DNA of 63,681 nucleotides, filler included. It is 5 parts of 5 records of this genome, joined end to end, with 100 filler letters (N's around TTAATTAATTAA, not from the genome) between each part and the next. Parts side by side here need not be neighbours in the genome. Positions count along the whole stretch, not along the records: positions 42,633 to 52,278 come from SRR31156797_3750; positions 52,379 to 63,681 come from SRR31156797_3752; 3 more parts are not named here. One strand, 5' to 3'. Both the position numbers and the translations under genes were made by a program. Below the pieces are notes generated by a model. It was not told where the DNA came from. It ran no database searches and worked only from the letters and a program-made list of their open reading frames with translations. Shown one piece after another: positions 49,652-58,717 of this stretch (positions are counted from its first letter, which is position 1; every line of letters starts with the position of its first letter).

Positions 49652-49792
49652 ATGACTTTCCATTCCTATAATGTATTGGTTTAATGACACTTACAGTCCA
49701 ATAAGTATATCATCGGCGCCATAGTCGGCACAAGAGTCAATGAAAAATGATGCGGAAGGCATTATATTGAATGACGCTTAAATAAAAAAGAA

Positions 49793-49831
49793 TTGACATC
49801 AGATATTGATAATGCTATTAGGTATTCCTAA
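49793..49831 (+). promoter_or_regulatory. Sigma-70 promoter overlapped by a DtxR/MntR-type palindrome
   Basis: TTGACA (49793-98), 17 nt, TATTAG (49816-21); TTAGG-tatt-CCTAA at 49818-49831. Confidence 0.65.
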
Positions 49832-49862
49832 ATAAGTTAGTACTTGTCTGGAAGGCTGCTTC

Positions 49863-50426
49863 ATGAAACCAAAAAAAACCGCGACTATAAGTAAAAAGCC
49901 CCTGACTTCAGTCATGGAAGACTACCTTGAGGCTATCGTGGAGTTGGAAGAAGAGAAGCGAGTCGTCAGGGTCAAGGATATTGCCAAAAAACTCAGCGTA
50001 AAAATGCCGTCCGTAACCAGCATGCTGAAAAATCTTAACGAAAAGGGACTGGTGAACTACAGGCAGTATGAATACGTTGAGCTGACCAAAAAAGGCGCGG
50101 AAGTCGGCAAGGAAATGAGGAAAAGGCACGAGGCCTTGCGGAAGTTTCTTACGGATATACTCAGGGTGGATTTCGAAACCGCGAATTCGGAAGCCTGCAA
50201 AATGGAGCACGCGCTAAGTTCCGGCACGCTCAAAAGCCTGACCGATTTTATGGATTTTATCCAGGCCTGTCCGCGGGCCGGAGAAGGTTGGCTGGATCAG
50301 TTTGCCCAATATCGGCAGCATGGGAAAAGACCCGAAAAGTGCGCGGAATTATCGGAAGAGTTTTCCTGCGAGCTCAAAAGCAAAATTGAGCAATTGAAAG
50401 GGTGCGACGGGTGCGGTCGGGATTGA
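49863..50426 (+). CDS. DtxR/MntR-family metal-dependent regulator with a Cys-rich tail
   Basis: MEDYLEAI, RVKDIAKKLSVKMPSVT, RH..LRKFL and EACKMEH. Confidence 0.92.
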   Translation: MKPKKTATISKKPLTSVMEDYLEAIVELEEEKRVVRVKDIAKKLSVKMPSVTSMLKNLNEKGLVNYRQYEYVELTKKGAEVGKEMRKRHEALRKFLTDILRVDFETANSEACKMEHALSSGTLKSLTDFMDFIQACPRAGEGWLDQFAQYRQHGKRPEKCAELSEEFSCELKSKIEQLKGCDGCGRD

Positions 50427-50559
50427 AGTCGTTAAGGCTGATTCCTTGGCATTAAGGACCGATGGCAATATAAATTAATTGATATTGGAATAACTTAAGG
50501 CGCAATTGGGCTGGTTGATCAAACCGGGTTTCGATGCGGCTTTTTTATGGAGATGCAAG

Positions 50560-50573
50560 TTAGATATGTCTAA
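50560..50573. promoter_or_regulatory. Second DtxR-type palindrome
   Basis: TTAGA-tatg-TCTAA, 22 nt upstream of the ATG at 50596. Confidence 0.55.
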
Positions 50574-50595
50574 TAGCGGTAGAGGGTATTAAAAT

Positions 50596-50889
50596 ATGGA
50601 ATCTGACAAACAAAACCTGATCGGCGCGATTGACGAAAGTATAAGCAAACTTCACGAAAGTATAGACACTCACAGAAACCTGGTTTCTTCAATTGTTAAA
50701 GATGAGCTTGATGAAAAAACCTTGAGCGCCTTTTTGGAAATCTGTCCTTTCAAACCAAGGGAGGTCAGGCTTAAGGAAGCCATTAAGGAAGCCATCGACG
50801 TTCTGGAAGAAAGCAGAAAGGCTTTTAAGTCGAAGAAGTTGGAAATGCTCCGGAAAAAACTCACCTTGGTTCTAATGGACAACGAGTAG
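50596..50889 (+). CDS. Small helical hypothetical protein
   Basis: GAGGG RBS; amphipathic helices ending EAIDVLEESRKAFKSKKLEMLRKKL. Confidence 0.7.
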   Translation: MESDKQNLIGAIDESISKLHESIDTHRNLVSSIVKDELDEKTLSAFLEICPFKPREVRLKEAIKEAIDVLEESRKAFKSKKLEMLRKKLTLVLMDNE

Positions 50890-50944
50890 GCGGATGGATG
50901 GGTCAACAAGGATCGTTCAGGGATTCGGAAAAGGAGGGTGATTA

Positions 50945-52198
50945 ATGAATCAGTTTGGTACAGTGACCGTCAAATTAAACCCGGACGCTGTTTTATGCGA
51001 TCACGGAATTGATGATGGTCTAACAGCCGCGGAGAATCGGTTGAGGTTTTGGGAAGTAAGTCATTTTTTTACCTGTCCGGTTGTTGGCATGTGTCTTACC
51101 ATGACCGAGCAGAAGCAGCTTCTAAGAAAAGCCGGCATTGCATACAGGAAAATGACGCCGTTTGAGATTCACGAGGAGCTTGTCGGATGCTCGGAAAACG
51201 AGAATCGCCTCTCCAGAAAAGCAGATAATATGCTTGAGCGGAAATTTCGCAAGCAATCAGCTTCGCTGAGAGAGCTTGACGAAAATGAGTTTATGGAGCA
51301 CTGGAAGACTGCTTTTGCCGGCGGAGATTATGGCGCCGTTCTATGGGGCGCGGCGACAAGGTCCGATCTGTCGCCTGACAGCCGGAGGAGTATTTTCGGC
51401 GACGTTCACATGGCCATGCATCTCAGCGCCGGGAACACCGCAAGCCTTGAGCGGAAATTGTCTGCGGAAATTGAAAAAACTGAAGAATTAAACCTCAAAA
51501 ACCAGGAACTTACAAAATCTTTGAGAAGCTTGAAGAAAGAAAAGCTAAGACTGGAAAAGCGCCTGAATGCATCATCCGCGGAAATAGCGGCCCTGGAAAA
51601 AGAATTATCAAAAAAGGAAGAGGACAATCCTACGGTTGCAAGTGCGGAAGAATCCGACCTGGAGAAGGAGAACTTTGTTTTACGCGGAGAACTGAACTGT
51701 ATGGAAGACATGCTGCACGAATCCGAAGACAAGGTAGTATTGCTTAAGCAGGAAAGCCGGAAATTGTCCTCCAGGCTTGACGAACAGGTTGCAATAAACC
51801 GTCAATTGAAAGAAAAGGCCAAGGAGATTATCAGGGATGTATCTCATATGAATCGTTGCGATACAACCTGTCCTTCCTACGACTTATGTAAAAAGCGAAT
51901 TTTGATTGTCGGCGGTATAACGAAAATGGAATGGCTGTACCGTCAGTTGATTGAAACCAGCGGCGGCGTTTTCGATTATCACGACGGCTATATGGCCAAG
52001 GGCTCCAAGGGGCTGGAAAACAGGCTTAAACGAGCGGATATCGTTCTTTGCCCGGTCAATTGCAATAGCCACGCCGCCTGTTCCATGGTCAAGAACTTGG
52101 GCAAAAAACACAAAAAGACGGTTCACATGATGCCCAGTTCAAGTTTAAGCGCTATTAACCAGTTTATATCCGATACCGGCACTCCGGTTGTGGGCTAA
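50945..52198 (+). CDS. DUF2325-domain coiled-coil protein
   Basis: N-terminal FWEV...CPVVGMCLT, central coiled coil, C-terminal ILIVGG...HDG...ADIVLCPVNCNSHAAC..VK; AGGAGG RBS. Confidence 0.8.
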   Translation: MNQFGTVTVKLNPDAVLCDHGIDDGLTAAENRLRFWEVSHFFTCPVVGMCLTMTEQKQLLRKAGIAYRKMTPFEIHEELVGCSENENRLSRKADNMLERKFRKQSASLRELDENEFMEHWKTAFAGGDYGAVLWGAATRSDLSPDSRRSIFGDVHMAMHLSAGNTASLERKLSAEIEKTEELNLKNQELTKSLRSLKKEKLRLEKRLNASSAEIAALEKELSKKEEDNPTVASAEESDLEKENFVLRGELNCMEDMLHESEDKVVLLKQESRKLSSRLDEQVAINRQLKEKAKEIIRDVSHMNRCDTTCPSYDLCKKRILIVGGITKMEWLYRQLIETSGGVFDYHDGYMAKGSKGLENRLKRADIVLCPVNCNSHAACSMVKNLGKKHKKTVHMMPSSSLSAINQFISDTGTPVVG

Positions 52199-52278
52199 GA
52201 GCATGTCGAGAGGCTCGAAGGTCGAAAAAAGACAGGTTGTTTTATGTTAGGACACAAAAACGGCAAATGTCATTGCGA

Positions 52279-52378
52279 NNNNNNNNNNNNNNNNNNNNNN
52301 NNNNNNNNNNNNNNNNNNNNNNTTAATTAATTAANNNNNNNNNNNNNNNNNNNNNNNNNNNNNNNNNNNNNNNNNNNN
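52279..52378. other. Artificial contig spacer
   Basis: N44-TTAATTAATTAA-N44. Confidence 0.98.
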
Positions 52379-53052
52379 ATTGTGAAAAATGAAAAAGCAC
52401 CTCATAATTTGTTGCGTTCTATTGAGCATTTGGTAACCAAAACTAAAGATATTAAAGTTAAACAGGGTTTTAAAATTGGTGTAATTGGATTCTTTATTAT
52501 GTTGTTTGTAATTATTATGATTATAATTCTGATGACCATCTTTTTAGAAGACTTTAATATGTAAAATGAATCGATTTTTTAATTTTATTTTTTTAAGATT
52601 TGGTTAAATTCCTGTTCCCGAATTTTCGGGATTATTGCTGATTCTTTCCGTTTATATAAATTTGAAAATGAGTACATAGGTTTGAGTATTGAGAAGAAAT
52701 CAAATTTTAGCGTTTTCTAATATCAATACAAAATATTCGCTATTTATCTTTATTATTTTCTTTTGAATTTCATTCTAACTTAATTCTAAAAAATCGTCGA
52801 CAAATTATACTCCTTTAGATAGAAGTAACCAAACAACGAATTTCTATTTCTGAGATTTCAGGCGAAGTAACAAAAAACGATTACATCATAATGGCCTCCG
52901 AAAAACTGGAGATTGAAGAAAGGGAACTTATAAATTTCCTTTTGACAAATTATCATTCTGGAAATATATGGTATGTTTATGTGGTTGTAGCAGTTTCTGC
53001 TGTAGTTTTATTATGGTTGTACGAACGGTTTGTAATTGAGAGGAGAGAATAT

Positions 53053-53568
53053 TTATTGCATGATAAACCGCCAGGGTTTGTTAATCCAAGGTTCTCCTGC
53101 ATAATCAATTCCAATGCGGGGTGAAGTAGTAAATTTTATTTCTTCAATAGAATTTTCAATCCAGATTCTTTTTGATTGAGATAGGTTTTCGCCATAAAAA
53201 GTTTTATCAAGTTGAAGTGCTTTCCCCACTCTTCCCGGACCCGAAATTCCTTCCAATCCACGAATTAATACAGCCGAAGCATCGTTTTCTTTTCCAGCAA
53301 CAATATTCAACATCCAATACATCCCATAAATCAGATAAACATATATAATACCTCCTTCTCGAAACATCACTTCGGTTCTTGGGGTTTTGCCTTTGCTGGC
53401 ATGGCAGGCCAAATCTTCTGTACCCCGGTAGGCTTCAACTTCTGTAATTTTATATCGGCATACAGAATTGTCGTTAAACTGTCGGACAAGAGTTTTGCCC
53501 AGTAATTCAGGGGCAACTTGTAATACATCGCGGAGGAAAAAGGAATTCTGTAGTTTTGGATTTGACAT
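53053..53568 (-). CDS. mpg: DNA-3-methyladenine glycosylase (MPG family)
   Basis: ELLGKTL, ITEVEAY.G.ED.ACHA, YVYLIYGM, AVLIR, GPGR and PRIGI. Confidence 0.92.
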   Translation of the reverse strand: MSNPKLQNSFFLRDVLQVAPELLGKTLVRQFNDNSVCRYKITEVEAYRGTEDLACHASKGKTPRTEVMFREGGIIYVYLIYGMYWMLNIVAGKENDASAVLIRGLEGISGPGRVGKALQLDKTFYGENLSQSKRIWIENSIEEIKFTTSPRIGIDYAGEPWINKPWRFIMQ

Positions 53569-53687
53569 AACAATTTTATTAAAAACTATTTAATTCGACA
53601 TGCTTACCATTTCAAACTTTTGTTTGTATGTAGTATTTTTCTAAATTTGCTAACATAATTAACTTTCCAAAAGTAAAACTTCGGGAT

Positions 53688-54275
53688 ATGGTAAAATCCT
53701 CAAAACTGAAAGCCAAAAAATTCAAAAAAAATTCAAAAAAAAAAGTTTCAAAATTTGAATTCTTTAAAACTGCACCTAAAACGGTACAAGGATTTTTGTT
53801 CCGTAATATTTTAATTGGATTCATATTTTTCATAGCCATTCAAAATTTGTATAACAACAACAAAGGATACAAATGGGTTTATGAAAATTTATTAATAAAT
53901 AATCTTCAATTAATTAAAAAACATCCTGAATATACGATTGCAAATAAATACGAAGTTAAATTAGGTTATTATGGGAAGTATATAAATTATATTGCTGAAA
54001 ACACACCCGACACTGCAGTTATTTTGATGCCGTCTGATTCGATTGTAAAATCTTTAGATAAGAAGCTGAGAATGGATTGGCTTTCTTCAAAAAAACATTG
54101 TGAATATTTCTTATACCCACGTAAACCTATTTATCTTAATAGCGAAAGGGATTCTGTTTATTTGGATAAAATAACGCATGTTGCAATTGTAAATAGCCAT
54201 GGCTATGAACATTTAAAATATCGGGTGAAGAACAAACATCAATTTGTAGTACTACCATTAACAATAGAAAAATAG
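53688..54275 (+). CDS. Membrane-anchored hypothetical protein
   Basis: Lys-rich N-terminus, one TM helix and EYFLYPRK; translationally coupled to the next gene. Confidence 0.7.
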   Translation: MVKSSKLKAKKFKKNSKKKVSKFEFFKTAPKTVQGFLFRNILIGFIFFIAIQNLYNNNKGYKWVYENLLINNLQLIKKHPEYTIANKYEVKLGYYGKYINYIAENTPDTAVILMPSDSIVKSLDKKLRMDWLSSKKHCEYFLYPRKPIYLNSERDSVYLDKITHVAIVNSHGYEHLKYRVKNKHQFVVLPLTIEK

Positions 54276-54277
54276 AA

Positions 54278-55675
54278 ATGACTTATATCGGAATTATAAT
54301 TGTTTTTTTATTAGGGTTTAGTATTCTACAGTTTATAAATGAGAAATTTTCACTACTTGAAATATTAGGATTTTCTTATCTGCTTGGAATTGGAGCAACC
54401 ACTCTTGTTATGTTTTTGTTGAATGTTTTTGGAACAACCATTACTAAAAATAACTTGCTTATATTCAGTATTCTTTTATCTGTGGGTTTAAATTACCGCT
54501 ATATATTACAGCCAAAAACAATTAGAATGCAAATAGAAGCTATCAAAAAAGATGATTTTTTCTTTTTTGGAAATTTCAGTTTGGTATGGTTGATTTTTTT
54601 AGCAGCAATTGTATTTATTCTTTATGGAATTACCAGTAAAAACTTGTATTGGCCAACTCTTGCTTCCGATACAGTAAGTTCTTTTGATCTATTTGCAAAA
54701 GCAATTGCAAAAGAAGGAAAAATATTAAATAGTTTAATCTACGATAAAGGAGTCGGTTATGGAGCTGCGTATCCACCCTTATATTCTTTAAGTCTGGCTT
54801 ATTCCTATATTTTTGGATTTGAAATTTCTAAAATTATTCCGGCACTTTTCTTTATTTCATTTATTATCTCATTTTATGCATTATTGATAAGAAATGTATC
54901 CTCTTTAGCGGCAATTGTAGTTACCTTTTTAATGATGATATCACCTGAACTGCTGGCTCAAAGTGCAATAAATACAACTAGTGTACCTCAGGCAATTTAT
55001 GGCTCGTTAGGAATAATTGCAATATTTTCCTGGCATCAAACAAAACAAAATAAATATTTGATTCTCGCCGTTTTATTGCTTGCATTGAATGGCTGGATTC
55101 GAAGTGAAGGAATTGTATATATTGGAGGAGCATTTGTTTTTTATTTTGTTGTACAATTTCAAAAGAAAGAATATCTTAAACCCTTTGTTTTCTTCATCCT
55201 TACCTTAATTCCATTTATTGGTTGGCAAATATTTCTATTTGTAAATTCAGAATTAATGGGTCCATTTGTTGAGGTAAACATTCATATTCTGCCAAATACG
55301 AATTATGAAAATATAAAGACAATTTTGTATTATACTAAATTTAATTTTTTACAAAATGGTTATTATGGTATTACCGTTTACGTTTTCGCAATGGCATTCA
55401 TTTTAAACATAATTGGTTTTATTAAGCATAAAGAAAATTTTCTTAAAGTTATTGTTATTCTGCTCACTTTATTAGCATATCTATACCTGTTAAATCAAAT
55501 TGAATCGCATGGTGCATCGTTGGAGGCTTTTATGAGAAATTCTGCAAAAAGATTCTTTTTCGGAATAGTAATATTAATGTGGTTTTATTTTGTTAATGTA
55601 GGTTATGTCAAAAATGTTTTTGCATTCTTAGAAAGGTTCATTGCCAAACCAAATAATAAAAAATTAAATGACTAA
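54278..55675 (+). CDS. Multi-TM GT-C-fold (ArnT/PMT-like) glycosyltransferase
   Basis: About 13 TM helices; YPPLYSL and WIRSEG motifs; adjacent to a GT2 gene. Confidence 0.6.
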   Translation: MTYIGIIIVFLLGFSILQFINEKFSLLEILGFSYLLGIGATTLVMFLLNVFGTTITKNNLLIFSILLSVGLNYRYILQPKTIRMQIEAIKKDDFFFFGNFSLVWLIFLAAIVFILYGITSKNLYWPTLASDTVSSFDLFAKAIAKEGKILNSLIYDKGVGYGAAYPPLYSLSLAYSYIFGFEISKIIPALFFISFIISFYALLIRNVSSLAAIVVTFLMMISPELLAQSAINTTSVPQAIYGSLGIIAIFSWHQTKQNKYLILAVLLLALNGWIRSEGIVYIGGAFVFYFVVQFQKKEYLKPFVFFILTLIPFIGWQIFLFVNSELMGPFVEVNIHILPNTNYENIKTILYYTKFNFLQNGYYGITVYVFAMAFILNIIGFIKHKENFLKVIVILLTLLAYLYLLNQIESHGASLEAFMRNSAKRFFFGIVILMWFYFVNVGYVKNVFAFLERFIAKPNNKKLND

Positions 55676-56558
55676 AATTAAAGAAGGTTTATTAACAATT
55701 GTTATTCCTGCATTTAACGAAGAACAATCATTGTCGTATTTTTTACCTCGGGTTATAGAATTTTGTGAAAAGAAAAAGTTTAAACTTATTATAGTGAATG
55801 ATGGCTCTGCTGACAATACAAAAGAAATAATATCTAATTATCTGGAGAAAGATTTTGTTACTCTTATAAATCATAAAGTAAACAAGGGTTATGGTGCAGC
55901 TATAAAAACAGGTATTAGTACAACAAAATCAGAATATGTTATTACAATTGATGCTGATGGTCAACATTTTCTTGAAGATATTTCAAAACTATACAATAGG
56001 ATAATTGAAACTGATGCTGATTTGATTATTGGAAGTCGTGTTGGTCAGAAAGCCGCTTCTATTTACAGGGGGATTGGGAAAAAACTTATTTATTTAATTG
56101 CAAAGTTTTTAATCCGATTTAACATTAAGGATTTAAACTCCGGGATGAAAATTTATAATACAGCTCTTGCAAAAAAATATATTCAACTATGTCCCGATTC
56201 AATGCCGTACAGCGATATAATTGCGTTAGTATTTATAAATTTCAGGCATTTAGTTTTAGAAGAACCGATTAAAATTAAACAAAGGATACAAGGTGAAAGC
56301 ACAATTGGAACGATGACTGCAATTGAAACGGTTAAAGAAATATTGAATATTGTTGTGTTGTTTAATCCTTTTAAAGTCTTTTTCTATACTGCACTTTTAC
56401 TGTTTTTTGTCTCACTGCTTTGGGGAATTCCAATATTGGTTGCAGGAAATGGAATAAGCGGGGCAACCTTATTAGGAATAATTACCAGTTTATTAATTTT
56501 TTTAATTGGATTAGTTGCTGAACAAATATCTCAGCTTCGCAAAGAAAGATTTAAATAA
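55668..56558 (+). CDS. GT2 polyprenol-phosphate glycosyltransferase (DPM1/GtrB-like)
   Basis: IVIPAFNEE, VNDGSADNT, NKGYGAAIKTG and IDADGQH; two C-terminal TM helices. Confidence 0.92.
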   Translation: MTKIKEGLLTIVIPAFNEEQSLSYFLPRVIEFCEKKKFKLIIVNDGSADNTKEIISNYLEKDFVTLINHKVNKGYGAAIKTGISTTKSEYVITIDADGQHFLEDISKLYNRIIETDADLIIGSRVGQKAASIYRGIGKKLIYLIAKFLIRFNIKDLNSGMKIYNTALAKKYIQLCPDSMPYSDIIALVFINFRHLVLEEPIKIKQRIQGESTIGTMTAIETVKEILNIVVLFNPFKVFFYTALLLFFVSLLWGIPILVAGNGISGATLLGIITSLLIFLIGLVAEQISQLRKERFK

Positions 56559-56681
56559 TTGTTCATTTAGAAATTTTATCAGTTCATTATTTTTTGACCG
56601 AGCTTTTAGTTTTATTTAGTTTGTACATTCGGGATTTACTAATACAAGGTTAACCAGTAGAATTTAGTTTCATTTCGGGCA

Positions 56682-58544
56682 TTAATTTAATGTTCGAATT
56701 TTAATACCGTCTTTATATAAACTGCGATTTAAAATTACGCCTTCTTTTGATGTCTGAGTTATTTCGCCGTTCATTTTATCGTTGCTCCAGGTTCCAGACA
56801 GAACATCACCATTAGATAAAATAAGTTTTCCTTCTCCTTCTTTTTTATCGTCCTTCCAATTCCCTTCAAAACGATTTTTATTTTCCCAAACATATATTCC
56901 AAATCCTTCCTTTTTGTCATCTTTAAATTCACCCCAATAGCCAAGGTCTGGCCTGAATTCCAATAAATAACTATTTGAATTCCCAACTCTTTTAACGGAT
57001 TTAAATTTTGCAGGGTATCTTTTAATTGCCGGATAAAGGTAACGGGAGGTCGATGAGTACCCTAATTCATCAAGAACTACATAACTAACATTTGAATTGA
57101 TTAATCTTTCTATAAGTTGTTCCTTGTCGGCGGTTTGCGAATAGCCGGTTGAATATTTTCTGGAAAAGATATAAAACAGCTCTGCTTTACGGCATGATAC
57201 AACAGCATCATTCGGGATGTTTTTTTGTGCCCAAATGGCAAGTTCGAAATAATTCTTATAATTCGGGTGATAAGGAAATTTGCTTTGTTCGTTCATCCTG
57301 TCGATTGGAGGCTTAAAAGCAGAGACTGTAATTAATAATAGTAACGGTAAAATTACTTGAATAACAAACTTATTTTGGAAATGTATTTTAGATGAAATTG
57401 CTTTCATAAAAGTATAAATTCCACTACCTATTAATAATAATAATAAAGGGATAACTGGTAAAATAAACCGGGGGCCAAACCAAACCTCAGGCCATAATAG
57501 CATAATTCCAAAATTTCCTAACAAATAAGAGAAAATTATAGGGCGGTATGTCTTTAAAGTAATCAGTCCATAAACAATAGCAATTACTATTAAAATTCCA
57601 ATCACCCATTCTTTAGTAATAATTGGATCGGTATATTTTACATTTATAAAACTTAAAGTTCCACTAGGTATTTCTCGGGTTACATAACGTTCGAAATTTT
57701 TAAAAATACGGACAAACCAATCTTGAAATTCCATTGTTCCTAATTCATGCCGGTAGGGATTTTTATACATCAATGAATTCATATAACTTCCTGCTGAGCT
57801 GGAGCTTATCGATTTTTCACGTAAATACCAAGGCAGACACAGCAAAATAAAACCTCCAACAAAACCAGCGAGATATTTCCATTCTTTCTTTAAAATAAAA
57901 ACCAGAAAAATACCACCAAATAAAGCAATACCGGTTGTGCGGATATGGTAACTAAAAGCCACACTGATAACCATCAGATAGAAATACGGACTTTTAAAGA
58001 ACGGCTTATCATAATCAAGTATAATAAGAAAATATAATCCCAGTGCCGAAAAGAACAAGTAAGGAATTTCACTCATCATAATTGTACTTGATTTTAAAAG
58101 GTGAGAATTTAACAAGATAAGTAAAGAGATAACAAATGAAAGGTGTACGTTTTTAAGTACTTTTAAAAATAGTAAAAACAGAAGGATGACTGAAATAATA
58201 AGAAAAAAACCATTCGCCGATTTTATGGTTGAAATATCACTTGAAAAAACTTTCATTACCATACTTATAATTAACGGATACCCCGGAGGAAAACGACTTG
58301 TCGGGGGCTTTTCTGGAACACGAATGTCGGAATAACCATCTCCGTTTGCAATTGAGGTTCCTAATAAATAATACTGAATGTTATCTCCGTTTAAGTCAAT
58401 TTTTTCATCGAATATGGTAGGATATATTTTAAAAAATGCAACAATCAGAATTAGGATATAAAAAAGAGTTATTATTTTTCCTGTACTATAATCTTTTTCC
58501 TGTATCGTTGTTGATTCCCTCTTTTGAAGTTTGTAGGATTTCAT
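56682..58544 (-). CDS. GT-C-fold glycosyltransferase with C-terminal MORN repeats
   Basis: GDNIQYY..G.SIA.G.GY, RFPPGYPL, MSEIPY and HIRTTG; C-terminal YWGEFKDDKKEGFG, FEGNWKDDKKEGEG and LSGTWSNDKMNG repeats. Confidence 0.75.
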   Translation of the reverse strand: MKSYKLQKRESTTIQEKDYSTGKIITLFYILILIVAFFKIYPTIFDEKIDLNGDNIQYYLLGTSIANGDGYSDIRVPEKPPTSRFPPGYPLIISMVMKVFSSDISTIKSANGFFLIISVILLFLLFLKVLKNVHLSFVISLLILLNSHLLKSSTIMMSEIPYLFFSALGLYFLIILDYDKPFFKSPYFYLMVISVAFSYHIRTTGIALFGGIFLVFILKKEWKYLAGFVGGFILLCLPWYLREKSISSSSAGSYMNSLMYKNPYRHELGTMEFQDWFVRIFKNFERYVTREIPSGTLSFINVKYTDPIITKEWVIGILIVIAIVYGLITLKTYRPIIFSYLLGNFGIMLLWPEVWFGPRFILPVIPLLLLLIGSGIYTFMKAISSKIHFQNKFVIQVILPLLLLITVSAFKPPIDRMNEQSKFPYHPNYKNYFELAIWAQKNIPNDAVVSCRKAELFYIFSRKYSTGYSQTADKEQLIERLINSNVSYVVLDELGYSSTSRYLYPAIKRYPAKFKSVKRVGNSNSYLLEFRPDLGYWGEFKDDKKEGFGIYVWENKNRFEGNWKDDKKEGEGKLILSNGDVLSGTWSNDKMNGEITQTSKEGVILNRSLYKDGIKIRTLN

Positions 58545-58717
58545 GTATTGTAAGGTTAAATTCTAGGTTAATGAATTCAAAAATAAGTATTTATAATTAA
58601 AATATGATTTTATTTAATATCAATTGAGCTTAAAGAATTTACTTTTTGGAATGTTGAATTATAAATATAATTTGAGTCAATTGTTTTACTATTTTTGAAG
58701 TTCTTTTAAACGAAGAA

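Noticed and set aside
52800-53124. 77-aa ORF, possibly the C-terminal remnant of an MFS/peptide transporter
   Set aside because: Only a short hydrophobic segment is suggestive, it overlaps mpg, and it cannot be supported without a search.
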